From NCBI GenBank assembly GCA_964658305.1, contig OZ210885.1, positions 12,214,001 to 12,278,000 of the forward strand: 64,000 nt of DNA, written 5' to 3'. The notes beneath the pieces are model-generated. The model was not told where the DNA came from. It ran no database searches and was given only the letters and a program-made list of their open reading frames with translations. This document shows, piece by piece, positions 51,776 to 62,347 of the stretch. Source of the DNA: Leptogorgia sarmentosa. Lineage: Eukaryota. The number at the start of each line of letters is the position of its first letter. The first letter of the stretch is position 1. Made by a program: the position numbers and the translations under genes.

Positions 51776-52015
51776 CAACTCAAAACCTTCCAAAAGAAAT
51801 GTAAAAATAATGGATATTACTATTTAATAACATACACTCGTGAGATTTCCAAGAACCCCAAATAGCACTCGTCCTTCGGACTCTAGTTAGAAGTTGAAAA
51901 CTTTGCTTTAAAAAAGTTTCTTGGACAACTTCTTTTTATAACTTTCTCTTTTTTCTCTTTATTGCATGCTATAACACCAAAATTTTGCCAAATACATTCT
52001 GGAAATTTGCTCTTC

Positions 52016-52078
52016 CGTAGTCTGCAGGATTTGAACCTGCGCGGGAATTTCCCAACAGATTTCTAGCCTTAACCACTC
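52016..52078 (-). pseudogene. tRNA-Ser(AGA) remnant
   Basis: 3' half intact; deletions in the anticodon stem and 5' acceptor strand. Confidence 0.7.
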
Positions 52079-52256
52079 AAATAAATTTTCATTCTGCCAG
52101 TAAAATCCAACAAAATATTTTAGTAATCGTTTTCAAGTATTGGTGGATAGATTTAACACGAAACGTAGTATATGCATCACAACTGTTTGGGTCGCATATT
52201 TCCCATCAGTCTGCTTTAAATAATTTGAAAGTTTTCCAGTTTATATGTATGATGAG

Positions 52257-52328
52257 AAGGAGCGGGCGGATTTGAACTACCGACCTCTCGATCTGCAGTC
52301 GAATGCTCTACCACTGAGCTACACTCCC
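52257..52328 (-). tRNA. tRNA-Cys(GCA)
   Basis: TTCGA-CTGCAGA-TCGAG arm; one T-stem mismatch. Confidence 0.82.
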
Positions 52329-52435
52329 TGTGTGCTCTACTAGGTTAATTACGTACATCCCAGCAAACACACGACGTCGTTTCGACGTCGAATTTAGGTT
52401 GATATTTGGTCGGGACGTCGATCGACTATATATCG

Positions 52436-53260
52436 ACGTTGAATCGACGTCGATAACCTGACCTCATATCGACGTCGACAAATTGACCTCGTTTCGACGT
52501 TGAATCGACGTCGTTAACCTGACTTGATATCGACGTCGACAAACTGACCTCGTTTCGACGTTGAATCGACGTCGTTAATCTGACCTTATATCGACGTCGA
52601 CAAACTGACCTCGTTTCGACGTTGAATCGACGTCGTTAACCTGACCTCATATCGACGTCGACAAATTGGCCTCGTTTCGACGTTGAATCGACGTCGTTAA
52701 CCTGACCTCATATCGACGTCGACAAATTGACCTCGTTTCGACGTTCAATCGACGTCGTTAACCTGACTTGATATCGACGTCGACAAACTGACCTCGTTTC
52801 GACGTTGAATCGACGTCGTTAATCTGACCTCATATCGACGTCGACAAATTGACCTCGTTTCGACGTTCAATCGACGTCGTTAACCTGACTTGATATCGAC
52901 GTCGACAAACTGACCTCGTTTCGACGTTGAATCGACGTCGTTAACCTGACCTGATATCGACGTCGACAAATTGGCCTCGTTTCGACGTTGAATCGACGTC
53001 GTTAACCTGACCTCATATCGACGTCGACAAATTGACCTCGTTTCGACGTTCAATCGACGTCGTTATCCTGACTTAAAATCGACGTCGAAAAATTGACCTC
53101 GTTTCGACGTTCAATCGACGTCGTTATCCTGACTTAATATCGACGTCGAAAAATTGACCTCGTTTCGACGTTCAATCGACGTCGTTATCCTGACTAATTA
53201 ATATCGACGTCGACAAATTGACCTCGTTTGGACGTTCAATCGACGTCGTTAACCTGACCT
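52436..53260. repeat. 61-bp tandem repeat, ~13-14 copies, rich in TCGACGTCG
   Basis: Unit GACGTTGAATCGACGTCGTTAACCTGACCTCATATCGACGTCGACAAATTGACCTCGTTTC. Confidence 0.95.
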
Positions 53261-55204
53261 GAACATTAAAACATACTAATTAAAAATATATATATTTACG
53301 TTTTGGGCCCTATAGCTGACATTGAATATGGATCAGCATATTTTTATACCCCAACATACAATTGCATATCAACACTTAAGAAACTGATCTTTTGGGCAAA
53401 GTTCGTACCGACGACTACGTTTGCTATTTCAACCTTTTTCAACATGTGATTGATCGTATTTATTAAGACATTGATAGTTTTTAAATAATTTTGAATTTTT
53501 AGGTAGGGTATTTGTATAGGAAATTACTCGGTTCGAGAAGTATTAATGAAAAATTGCACGCGTGTTTGGACTTTGGCGAAATAGTAATACGAATAAGGTG
53601 TCGCGCATTCGGCCCAAACTCGGTTCGGGCCGTTCGGCTCGGCATACAATCGGCGATGACACGAGACTTAGGATCATGGGAAGTGTTGTGATAGACGCTC
53701 ACAAACCGCGTGTATTCAAAATTTCACACAAAGGATTTCATTGCTTGTCGTTGTTCTTGTCTTTTGGGGATAATTTCCCGTTCATTTAGTTGATTTAATT
53801 CAAGACTACAGAAAAGGTTAGTATAATATGCAACTTGTTTATTTTTATTTTGTGATATATCGCTTTATATTTCGTTCAATCAGTGTGCACTGCGATGCGC
53901 TTCGAAGTTCGAAGTGCTCGTGCTTCAAAAGTGCTGGTTCAATAAACTGAACTGGAACACTAGTGATCAGCACTATAATTCACAAAATTAATCGCTTCTA
54001 CATAAAGGTCAATTCTGTATCATATATTCTTATACTATGCTACAGAAAAGTCGATTCCTAGCTCTTGCCTCGACAATGATGTGTAACGTTTGTGTATTTG
54101 ATTAGTAGAGTTAACATTTTACAATCCAAATCAATCTAGTAGTTTAGTTAGACTTTGTCAGCCTGGTTTCATCAGTGATATATTAAAAACCGAGTATTTC
54201 TGCGTAGGAAATTTTTTGTTATTGATTTAGGCTGGTTTTCAATTTTTTCAAATAGAATTTCAGACAACCAACTAAGCAGACTGAGCATACAAAGAGGCAG
54301 TGGAAGCGAATTTTTTAAGAGGAAGGGGGGGGGGCTTTAAGCAAAAAATCACTAGTTAGTAGGGTCATGCATAACTCATCTGGTTTGTTAAGCAAATAAT
54401 CACTAGTCAGTAGGGACATAACTCATCAGGTTTGGCAAAAGCAATTAAGCAAACTGATTTTTTCGATATCCTTTCAAAATTTGTTGACTTAAACTGGCTA
54501 CAGTAGATCGAGACTATAAACCTGAACTAGAATGCCATTGCTATGCTAATTCCATACTGGCTGGCACACATATTGTGTTGAAGATGAAAATTGAGAATTA
54601 CTTGCTTTCGATTAACAAAGGCATCAAAAAGATAACTGCTTAGTTATGTAGAGGGATATACTGTAGCTACATTAGAGAGACAGGCTTAATTAATTGATAT
54701 TTTTCACTTATTAGAGCACCGAAAGTGATGTTTATAAAGCAATGGGACAGATTTTAAAGTATGCTCTGGACAGGAAAGGGGGAAGTAGAAAGTCTATCTA
54801 TAATCGATCATCATGGGACATTTTTCATAATAAACATATAGTCCATACACAAGATTGATAACTGTAGCTGCAGAATAATACAAAATTTGCCAGGATTCTA
54901 CATTTCACAGCCAATCTTGGCAATTTTACCAAACTTGTAAGATGTTCTTTCAAATAATATCGTGGTAACAAATTAATTAACGTATAGCTAGTTGATAATA
55001 AATTAGTGCAGATAGTATAATATAGGTCCAAATTGGAATCGCTTAATTACAGTTCGGTGTTTGTAAATAATCAAGTGTATTAAAGTATATAATATGTAAT
55101 ATGTAAGATACTGACTGAGTTCGAAAATAAATATATCATCAAAACAAATTGCAACAGAAAATTTATTAATTTTGATCAATTTGCAACTTTGTCGCATTTT
55201 CCAA

Positions 55205-55530
55205 CGTACTATCGACGTCGAAAAGTCAACGTTAAATCGACGTCGAAACGTCAACGTTGAATCGACGTCGAAAGTCTAACGTCGATTCGATTTGCGTTTT
55301 CGACCTGTTTTTCGACGTCGTATCGACGTCGAAAAGTGAACGTTGAATCGACGTCGAAAGTTCAACGTTGAATCGACGTCGAAAAGTTAACGTTGAATCG
55401 ACGTCGAAACGTCAACGTTGAATCGACGTCGAAAGTCTAACGTCGATTCGATTTGCGTTTTCGACCTGTTTTTCGACGTCGTTTCGACGTCAGGTAGTAA
55501 CGTCGATTCGACGTTGAATCGACGTCGATG
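55205..55530. repeat. Right subterminal array of ~22-bp AACGTTGAATCGACGTCGAAA units
   Basis: Direct reading; shares the core motif with the left array. Confidence 0.9.
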
Positions 55531-55726
55531 TGCTTACTGGGATATACTTTCAAACGCAGCTATAATCAATTCACGGACCTCTGTTCTTTCAATTTTACAT
55601 TCAAATACAAAATCTTTCTTGGGATGTTTCATAGCCTAAATAAAAAAAAAGACGCGACTTCTTTCCGTTGTTTTGTAGATGGAAAACGTAGGCATTGAAT
55701 CTGTCACTTTAAACTCACAGCCGCCA

Positions 55727-56127
55727 GCAGAAAAATTTTTTGGGATCACTTCGCGGCTTGGTTACCAAGCACTGATCCAATTCTGAATCTATTAAAACAG
55801 AAAATATTGTCTTTTCTTTTTCTTTTTCTAATCCAGGCCCAAACAGTAATTCTGACCCTAACAACAAAATGCTGAGGAAAAAAAGCTTGAAAAAAAACAA
55901 ACAAAATGACAAAAAAAACAAAATGACAAAAAGCCGCCAACACGCGAGAATCGAAACTTCAGGGTCGCTACTGGCGAGTCGTGACCATATAGTCTGAGTT
56001 AACGAAGCTCGACAAAATTGGCGGCAAAAACTTTTTATATGAATAGAATGTTAATTGCAATACGTAATGTAAATGAAATGAATGCTTAGTAACCAAGCCA
56101 CGAAATGATCCCAAAAAAATTTTCTGC
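55727..56127. mobile_element. MULE-like MITE with 9-bp TSD
   Basis: ~45-bp TIR GCAGAAAA...GGGATCA.TTCG.GGCTTGGTTAC.AAGCA. TSD CAGC(C/T)GCCA. Absent from the paralogous site near 14545. Confidence 0.8.
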
Positions 56128-56226
56128 CAGCTGCCACCACCGAGAACACAACTTCCTGTCATCTTGTTTTCCCCCAAAACAATTCATGTTTATCCTCGAG
56201 ACCAAAATTTTAAAGACTTTGCATAA

Positions 56227-56308
56227 CGTAGTCGGCAGGATTTGAACCTGCGCGGGAAACTCCTAACAGATTTCTAGTCTGTCGCCTTAAACGCTCGGCC
56301 ACGACTAC
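56227..56308 (-). tRNA. tRNA-Ser(AGA)
   Basis: 82 nt with variable arm, ACAGA-CTAGAAA-TCTGT. Confidence 0.85.
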
Positions 56309-56631
56309 CTTGCTACAACCAACCGGTTTAACGTTGTTCATTAATGAACATTCACATCCATCTACAACTGACCTACACACTCTCAGCTCTACACTCTGAA
56401 CAATAGAAACTTTCTATTTTGAGGTCTTTGCAAAACTCACTCGTGCAAGTTAATTCCAAACTCCACTCGAAACCATTCTATTAGCAATACTTATTTTTTT
56501 TCCAAACGTAGTGAAATGGTGGAAAGATATGAAACTTGAACTAAAATATATAGAATGCTACCTACCTGTGCAGGAACAAGCCTGAATTTGCCTGAAGCCA
56601 TATTTTACCTCCAGACAAGAGCGTCAACTTT

Positions 56632-56702
56632 GCGTTGGTGGTTCAGTGGTAGAATTCTCGCCTGCCACCTTTGAGACCGGGGCTTGATTCACAGGAAACG
56701 CA
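56632..56702 (+). pseudogene. tRNA-Gly(GCC) pseudogene
   Basis: 5' half intact; 3' anticodon stem and T arm mutated. Confidence 0.7.
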
Positions 56703-56786
56703 GAATGTTTTCATTTTGTTGCATTTCAATTGCAACTCGAGAAAAAATGTGGGTTCGTAACACAGACATGATATCGAAATTGCAAC

Positions 56787-56858
56787 TCCCATGTGGTCTA
56801 GTGGTTAGGATCTGGCGTTTTCACCGCCATGGCCCGGGTGCGATTCCCGGCGTGGGAA
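56787..56858 (+). tRNA. tRNA-Glu(TTC), T-loop variant (GGTGCGA), possibly inactive
   Basis: Cloverleaf intact; B box mutated. Confidence 0.75.
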
Positions 56859-57335
56859 TTTTTTCTGACAATTTCTATTTGGAACAGTTTGTCTTCACAT
56901 ATTCGAACTCGCCCGAGACTGGGATTAGATTCCCGGCTAACGCAGAATATTTTCGTTCTGATAAGTTTCAATTTCAATTGCAACACCAGAAAATACAGAC
57001 ATAACTTTGTAACACAGACATAATATACTGTAATAATTTTATCCATACCAGAGAATGGTAAAATTAATATTTTCTGATATCAACCTCTTTTAGCTGAAAC
57101 TATTTGATTGCCACAAACTCTTTTGATCGTGGACAGAGTTTTTGCATTGCTTTTTAAATTCTTGACTTTTACTCGTCATAATTTCCCATTAGTAATTAAT
57201 TTTACAATCTCCACCCTTCGCATTAATTTTGTTCTTGGATCAATTTGTTTCAATTAACTTTGAATTAAAAAAAGGAAGGCGGAAGAGAAAGGTAATAAAA
57301 TTCGCAGCATTTTAAAAACATTCAAATGTCGAAAT

Positions 57336-57394
57336 GGGCTCTGGCGAGACTTGAACTCGGAAGTCCAAAGTGCTAACCATTACACAACAGAACC
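57336..57394 (-). pseudogene. tRNA-Gln remnant lacking the anticodon loop
   Basis: GGTTCTGTTGTGTAATGGTTAGCACTTTGGACTT|CCGAGTTCAAGTCTCG. Confidence 0.65.
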
Positions 57395-57519
57395 TTACCA
57401 CGATCTGGACAATGTTTCCCAATTGTTTAACGTTTCTTCCTTTTTTTCGTAGCAAAAGGCACACTCTTCATTGGACGTGGTTATTTTCAAAACACGAATC
57501 ATATAACCAACTCGTTAAG

Positions 57520-57601
57520 GGTAGCGTGGCCGAGTGGTCTAAGGCGCTGGTTTAAGGCACCAGTCATTTCGATGACGTGGGTTCGAATCCCACCGCTGCC
57601 A
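57520..57601 (+). tRNA. tRNA-Leu(AAG)
   Basis: Full cloverleaf with variable arm, CTGGT-TTAAGGC-ACCAG. Confidence 0.92.
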
Positions 57602-57722
57602 AATTTTCGTTGTTCATGGACGTTGCGATTGATTTAGCAACTGTAAACTCACGAGTGAGTTTTGTTAAATAATAATATCCATTATTTTTGTATTTCTCTT
57701 CAGAAGGTTTTCAATGGAGTCA

Positions 57723-57796
57723 GTCTCTGTGGCGCAATCGGTTAGCACGTTCGGCTGTTAACCGAAAGTTTGTTGGTTCTAGTCCAACCAGGGACG
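57723..57796 (+). tRNA. tRNA-Asn(GTT), variant with D-stem and T-loop substitutions
   Basis: Three differences from the intact Asn copies. Confidence 0.7.
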
Positions 57797-57929
57797 TGTT
57801 TGGTGTGATGTTATTCAGACGTCGTGACGGTAAATGTAACCGACTTTTTGCGCGGGGTTTTCCGCGATTGATGGAAAAATCCCAATAAAATAATGTGTGC
57901 CTCCGTCACGTATTCGGCTCACGTCAGTT

Positions 57930-58052
57930 CTCAAGAGGCCGAGCGGTCTAAGGCGCCAGACTCAAGTGCAAAAACTTGTCACGATTAACCTTGACATAAT
58001 AGGGCGTTCTGGTCCACACATGTGGTCGTGGGTTCGAATCCCACTCCTGAAA
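57930..58052 (+). pseudogene. Intron-containing tRNA-Leu(CAA), damaged acceptor stem
   Basis: Paralogue of 59238-59361 with altered ends. Confidence 0.75.
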
Positions 58053-58196
58053 ACAACTTTACAAACAAATTGAGAACATTTCTTTTCAAAGCTTATCTAT
58101 TTAAACTAATTCGATATCAGCAAGAATATTTTTCTTGTTCTTTACTAAAAAATTCCAAAGAAAAAAAAGCCTAGTAGAAAAAAGCTCATATATGTA

Positions 58197-58269
58197 TGTT
58201 TCCGCCCAGGTTCGAACTGAGGACCTTGCGCGTGTTAAGCGCATGTGATAACCACTACACTACGGAAAC
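58197..58269 (-). tRNA. tRNA-Val(AAC), tandem copy 1
   Basis: Full cloverleaf, TGCGC-TTAACAC-GCGCA; ~185-bp tandem unit. Confidence 0.9.
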
Positions 58270-58381
58270 TGACATACGCGCAAAACATATAGAAATAGAT
58301 GTATTCACTGTAATTAATTTTTTAGGTTTTTTATTGAAATTTTCCAAAAAAAATATCTGCAGTAAAAAAAGCTCATATGTA

Positions 58382-58454
58382 TGTTTCCGCCCAGGTTCGA
58401 ACTGAGGACCTTGCGCGTGTTAAGCGCATGTGATAACCACTACACTACGGAGAC
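58382..58454 (-). tRNA. tRNA-Val(AAC), tandem copy 2
   Basis: One acceptor-stem substitution. Confidence 0.82.
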
Positions 58455-58565
58455 TGACATATGCGCAAACATATAGAAATAGATGTATTCACTGTAATTA
58501 ATTTTTTAGGTTTTTTATTGAAATTTTCCAAAAAAAATATCTGCAGTAAAAAAAGCTCATATGTA

Positions 58566-58638
58566 TGTTTCCGCCCAGGTTCGAACTGAGGACCTTGCAC
58601 GTGTTAAGCGCATGTGATAACCACTACATTGCGGAAAC
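58566..58638 (-). tRNA. tRNA-Val(AAC), tandem copy 3 (A-box variant)
   Basis: Three substitutions relative to copy 1. Confidence 0.7.
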
Positions 58639-58809
58639 TGACTTGACCTATGCGCATACATAGAAATGTATTTATCCAGTTTAATTATATATTTATTATC
58701 CGAAATTTGTGGTGCCATTCCGTGGTTCCAATATAATTATTTCAAAGTAACAAATTTAAAATGAAAGCACTACAACTTTCCGCCCAGAATCGCTGAATTA
58801 TTGATTCCT

Positions 58810-58882
58810 TCTTTCTGCCCAGGATTTAACCTGGGGACCTTGGCGTGTGAGGCTCACGTGATAACCTCTTCACTACAGAAAC
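58810..58882 (-). pseudogene. tRNA-Val(CAC) pseudogene
   Basis: Decayed inverted paralogue of 49727-49799, including flanks (58680-59180 vs ~49390-49935). Confidence 0.75.
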
Positions 58883-59237
58883 GAATTGGGACAATTACAA
58901 AACAGAGACAAAATTCTGGAGGAGAGAATTGACGCAACAACAAATTTGAAACAAATTCAAGAAATGTATAGCAATCCATAAGTTCACCCTCCCAAACACT
59001 AACAAGATAATACAAAAACAACATAAACACAGTATTTCCGATGACCATTGAAAATTCGCAATGGTTTTAAAATCGTTCGATTTTAACTGCGATTTATTAA
59101 AAAAATTCCAATAAAATAATGTGTACCTCCGTCACGTATTCGGCTCACGTCAGTTGTGAAAGAAAATCAGAACGGGACGTGGAATGTTGAAGGTAGCAAA
59201 GAATAAATGTGGTAGGAAATTCCATGTTTTCATGTGT

Positions 59238-59361
59238 GTCAAGATGGCCGAGCGGTCTAAGGCGCCAGACTCAAGTGCAAAAACTTGTCACGATAAACCT
59301 TGACATAATAGGGCGTTCTGGTCCACACATGTGGTCGTGGGTTCGAATCCCACTCCTGACA
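59238..59361 (+). tRNA. tRNA-Leu(CAA) with 40-nt intron (59276-59315)
   Basis: Exon 1 ends CCAGACTCAAG, exon 2 starts TTCTGGTC; canonical 37/38 intron position; one acceptor mismatch. Confidence 0.85.
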
Positions 59362-59503
59362 ACAAATTTACAAAAAATTGAGAGCATTTCTTTTCAAAGC
59401 TGAACTATTTACACCAATTCGATATCACCAAGGAAATTTTGCTGGTTTTTTACCGAAAAATTTCAATGGAAAAAATTTCTCAATTTAAAAAAGCTCATAT
59501 CTA

Positions 59504-59576
59504 TGTTTTTGCCCAGGTTCGAACTGAGAACCTTGCCCGTGTTAAGCGCATGTGATAACAACTGCACTACGGAAAC
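59504..59576 (-). pseudogene. tRNA-Val(AAC) pseudogene
   Basis: Several stem and D-loop substitutions. Confidence 0.7.
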
Positions 59577-59686
59577 TGACCTACGCGCAAACATAGAAAT
59601 AGATGTATTTACTTTAATTAATTTTTCTCGTGTTTTATTGAAAATTTCCAAAGAAAAAATTTTCCAATTAAAAAAGCTCATGTGTA

Positions 59687-59759
59687 CGTTTCCGCCGAGT
59701 TTCAAACTGAGGACCTTGCGCGTGTTAAGCGCATGTGATAACCACAACACTACGGAAAC
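59687..59759 (-). pseudogene. tRNA-Val(AAC) pseudogene
   Basis: T arm degraded. Confidence 0.7.
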
Positions 59760-60037
59760 TGGCATATGCGCAAAATAATTCAGTTTAATTAGATAATTAT
59801 TGTTCGAAATTTGTGGTGCCATTTCGTGGTTTTAAGTTAATACAACTTTCACACAGAAAGTCAATAAGCGAGGAGCTCGTTTAACAGAAAGTGGGGAACT
59901 TCTAACAGACTTACTAGGACATAATTTCAATTTTAATCATTTTGCAATATGAACTGAATTAGTCAAGAATAGCAAAGGTAATTTAAGTAATAAAATTCAA
60001 CGGCAAGCATGTGAAAGCAACATGCAGTTGACAGCGT

Positions 60038-60128
60038 GCCTCAATTGCTCAGGGGTTAGAGCACTGGTCTAGATCTAGTAAACCAGCAGGTAAACCAGGG
60101 GTCCAGAGTTCAAATCTCTGATGAGGCT
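60038..60128 (+). pseudogene. tRNA-Thr(AGT) pseudogene with small internal duplications
   Basis: GCTCAGGGGTTAGAGCACTGGTCTAG..TAAACCAG duplicated; T arm CAGAGTTCAAATCTCTG. Confidence 0.65.
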
Positions 60129-60272
60129 CAATTTTTCTCGATTTCTTCGAAGCACAGTGAAGACAATTGCCACGAATATGTTGCATGAGGTATATCCAAG
60201 ATGTGGACACTGATCAAATAACAAAGCTAACCAAAGAGCATTATGTACGATAAAGCATCTTAAAAAGATTTC

Positions 60273-60374
60273 GCCTGCAGGTTAGAGCTCAGAGGTTAGA
60301 GCACTGGTTTCGTAAACCAGGGGTCCAGAGTTCAATTGTTGCGGGAGAGCGCGGTTCGATTCCCCGCTAACGCA
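60273..60374 (+). pseudogene. Chimeric tRNA-Thr(CGT) 5' part joined to tRNA-Gly 3' part
   Basis: CTGGT-TTCGTAA-ACCAG...GTTCAA then GCGGGAGAGCGCGGTTCGATTCCCCGCTAACGCA. Confidence 0.6.
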
Positions 60375-60464
60375 GATTATTTTCATTTTGTTGCATTTCA
60401 ATTTCAACTGCAACACGAGAAAAAAACGTGCTTTGCAGCACAGGAATAGACAACAAGTTATCAC

Positions 60465-60536
60465 TCCCATGTGGTCTAATAGTTCGGTTATGGCGTTTTC
60501 ACCGCCATGGCCCGGGTTCGAATCCTGGCGTGGGAG
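60465..60536 (+). pseudogene. tRNA-Glu(TTC), D-arm mutated
   Basis: Anticodon and T arms recognisable; D-loop GG lost. Confidence 0.7.
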
Positions 60537-60674
60537 TTTTTTTCTGAAAATTTCAATTTGAATCAGCCTTGTGTTCACATTTTCAAACTCGTTCTCTGAA
60601 ATCAAACCATTTTAAAAGCGCTACTACGTTATTAATTTTGCCAAATAGCTACATCCTAGAAAGAATCGCTTTTC

Positions 60675-60756
60675 CGTAGTCGGCAGGATTTGAACCTGCG
60701 CGGGAATTTCCCAACAGATTTCAAGTCTGCCGCCTTAACCGCTCGGCCACGACTAC
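60675..60756 (-). tRNA. tRNA-Ser(TGA)
   Basis: 82 nt, GCAGA-CTTGAAA-TCTGT. Confidence 0.9.
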
Positions 60757-61067
60757 GTTGGCAGTAATATTGGCTTGCACTTCGAAATGAAAATATCTTC
60801 AATCTGTCAGTAAAATCCAACAAAATATTGCAGCAATTAACAGCAGGACTAATCGTTTTCAAGCATTGGAGGATATATTTAACACGAATGGTAGTATATC
60901 CATCTTAACCCTCTGGGTCGTAAAAATACAGCAATAATTGATACTATTTTTTCACCAAAATCTGATTTCTTCCGCGAAGATCGATTGGAAAATGTTTTGG
61001 AAACATTAATACCAAATTTTTCTTTGTCACTACAAAATACATTAGAAAACAATTTGGTATCAACAAC

Positions 61068-61139
61068 GGCTTGCTGGTCTAGTGGTATGATTCTCGCTTA
61101 GGATGCGAGAGGTCACGGGTTCGATTCCGGTGCAAGCCC
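61068..61139 (+). tRNA. tRNA-Pro(AGG), variant
   Basis: CTCGC-TTAGGAT-GCGAG; one T-stem mismatch. Confidence 0.8.
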
Positions 61140-61261
61140 TAGTTAATTAACCAAGTAAGATGTTCTGTTTTTTGAAAGATTCCATAAATCCTTAGAAAAC
61201 CTCGCGCAAAAATTTCGGTTACATTTACCGTCAGGACGTCTGAATAACATCACACCAAACA

Positions 61262-61285
61262 CGTCCCTGTTTGGACTCGAACCAA

Positions 61286-61329
<44 letters not shown>

Positions 61330-61335
61330 AGACAC
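61262..61335 (-). tRNA. tRNA-Asn(GTT), acceptor-stem variant
   Basis: Anticodon, D and T arms intact. Confidence 0.78.
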
Positions 61336-61570
61336 CGACTCCATTGAAAACCTTCCGAGAGGGGATATAAAAATAATGGATATTATTTTTGGTCAAAAAT
61401 CTCTTTTTTTCCCCAGGCACATCCAACGGCAATAATAAACAGAACTTCAACGGTGATGATGCTCGTAATGGTGAATACAATACTTTTTGCTGTTTTACAC
61501 AGATGCCGAGACCAAGATTCGATCGTTTTAAAGTATTGGTGGATATATTTAAAGGGAATCGTAGTATATA

Positions 61571-62155
61571 CAGGGTGTCTCAAAAAAAAGGTAATCGAAC
61601 TTTGGCATGCCATTGTGCGTTGATTACTGGGTGTACGAACGTGATTTTTGCATGGTCATAAAGATCAAGGTCTTAGCAGTTGAATGACATATTTGTTGTA
61701 CGATATGGAAGAAAATCAGGCAAATGCGAGCGTGTTGAAAAATCTCGGTGAAAAACGCATTCTTTCACCTCTGAGAATTGCAGCTAAACTTATTCAAAAT
61801 TAACTCCCTCTGGGACTCGAAGATGACGACCTTCCTTCAACAATCGACCTGATTATGCATAATTATTAATAATCCTGATAAAATCTTTGTTACCATGTCA
61901 CATTCGTGATGAATTGCATTTTTCTTTTGTTATGCACTGCTTTAATTAGGCACAGAGGTGAAAGAATGCGTTTTTGACCTAGATTTTTCAATACGCTCGC
62001 ATTTGCCTGATTTTCTTCCATATCGTACAAGAAATATGTCATTCAACTGCTAAGACCTTGATCTTTATGACCATGCAAAAATCACGTTCGTACACCCAGT
62101 AATTAACGCACAATGGCATGCCAAAGTTCGATTACCTTTTTTTTGAGACACCCTG
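61571..62155. mobile_element. Tc1/mariner-type MITE with ~200-bp TIRs, at the centre of the large palindrome
   Basis: TA|CAGGGTGTCTCAAAAAAAAGGT...ACCTTTTTTTTGAGACACCCTG|TA. Confidence 0.85.
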
Positions 62156-62347
62156 TATATACTACGATTCCCTTTAAATATATCCACCAATACTTTAAAA
62201 CGATCGAATCTTGGTCTCGGCATCTGTGTCAAACAGCAAAAAGTATTGTATTCACCATTACGAGCATCATCACCGTTTAAGTTCTGTTTATTATTGCCGT
62301 TGGATGTGCCTGGGGAAAAAAGAGATTTTTGACCAAAAATAATATCC

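Larger units (their letters stand above)
52359..55541. mobile_element. Non-autonomous CCC...GGG DNA transposon (CMC/EnSpm-like) with subterminal tandem arrays
   Basis: TIR CCCAGCAAACACA / TGTGCTTACTGGG. 2-bp TSD AT, confirmed by the empty paralogous site near 14730. No transposase ORF. Confidence 0.88.

Noticed and set aside
51831..51885. Partial hairpin-element ends (also ~35235-35935, ~56420-56490, ~57645-57672)
   Set aside because: They resemble the G.A-hairpin class but are truncated, so they are not listed as features.
52436..53260. Regular repeat array resembling CRISPR
   Set aside because: Units are contiguous near-identical 61-mers with no unique spacers and no cas genes. The array lies inside a TIR/TSD-bounded eukaryotic transposon.
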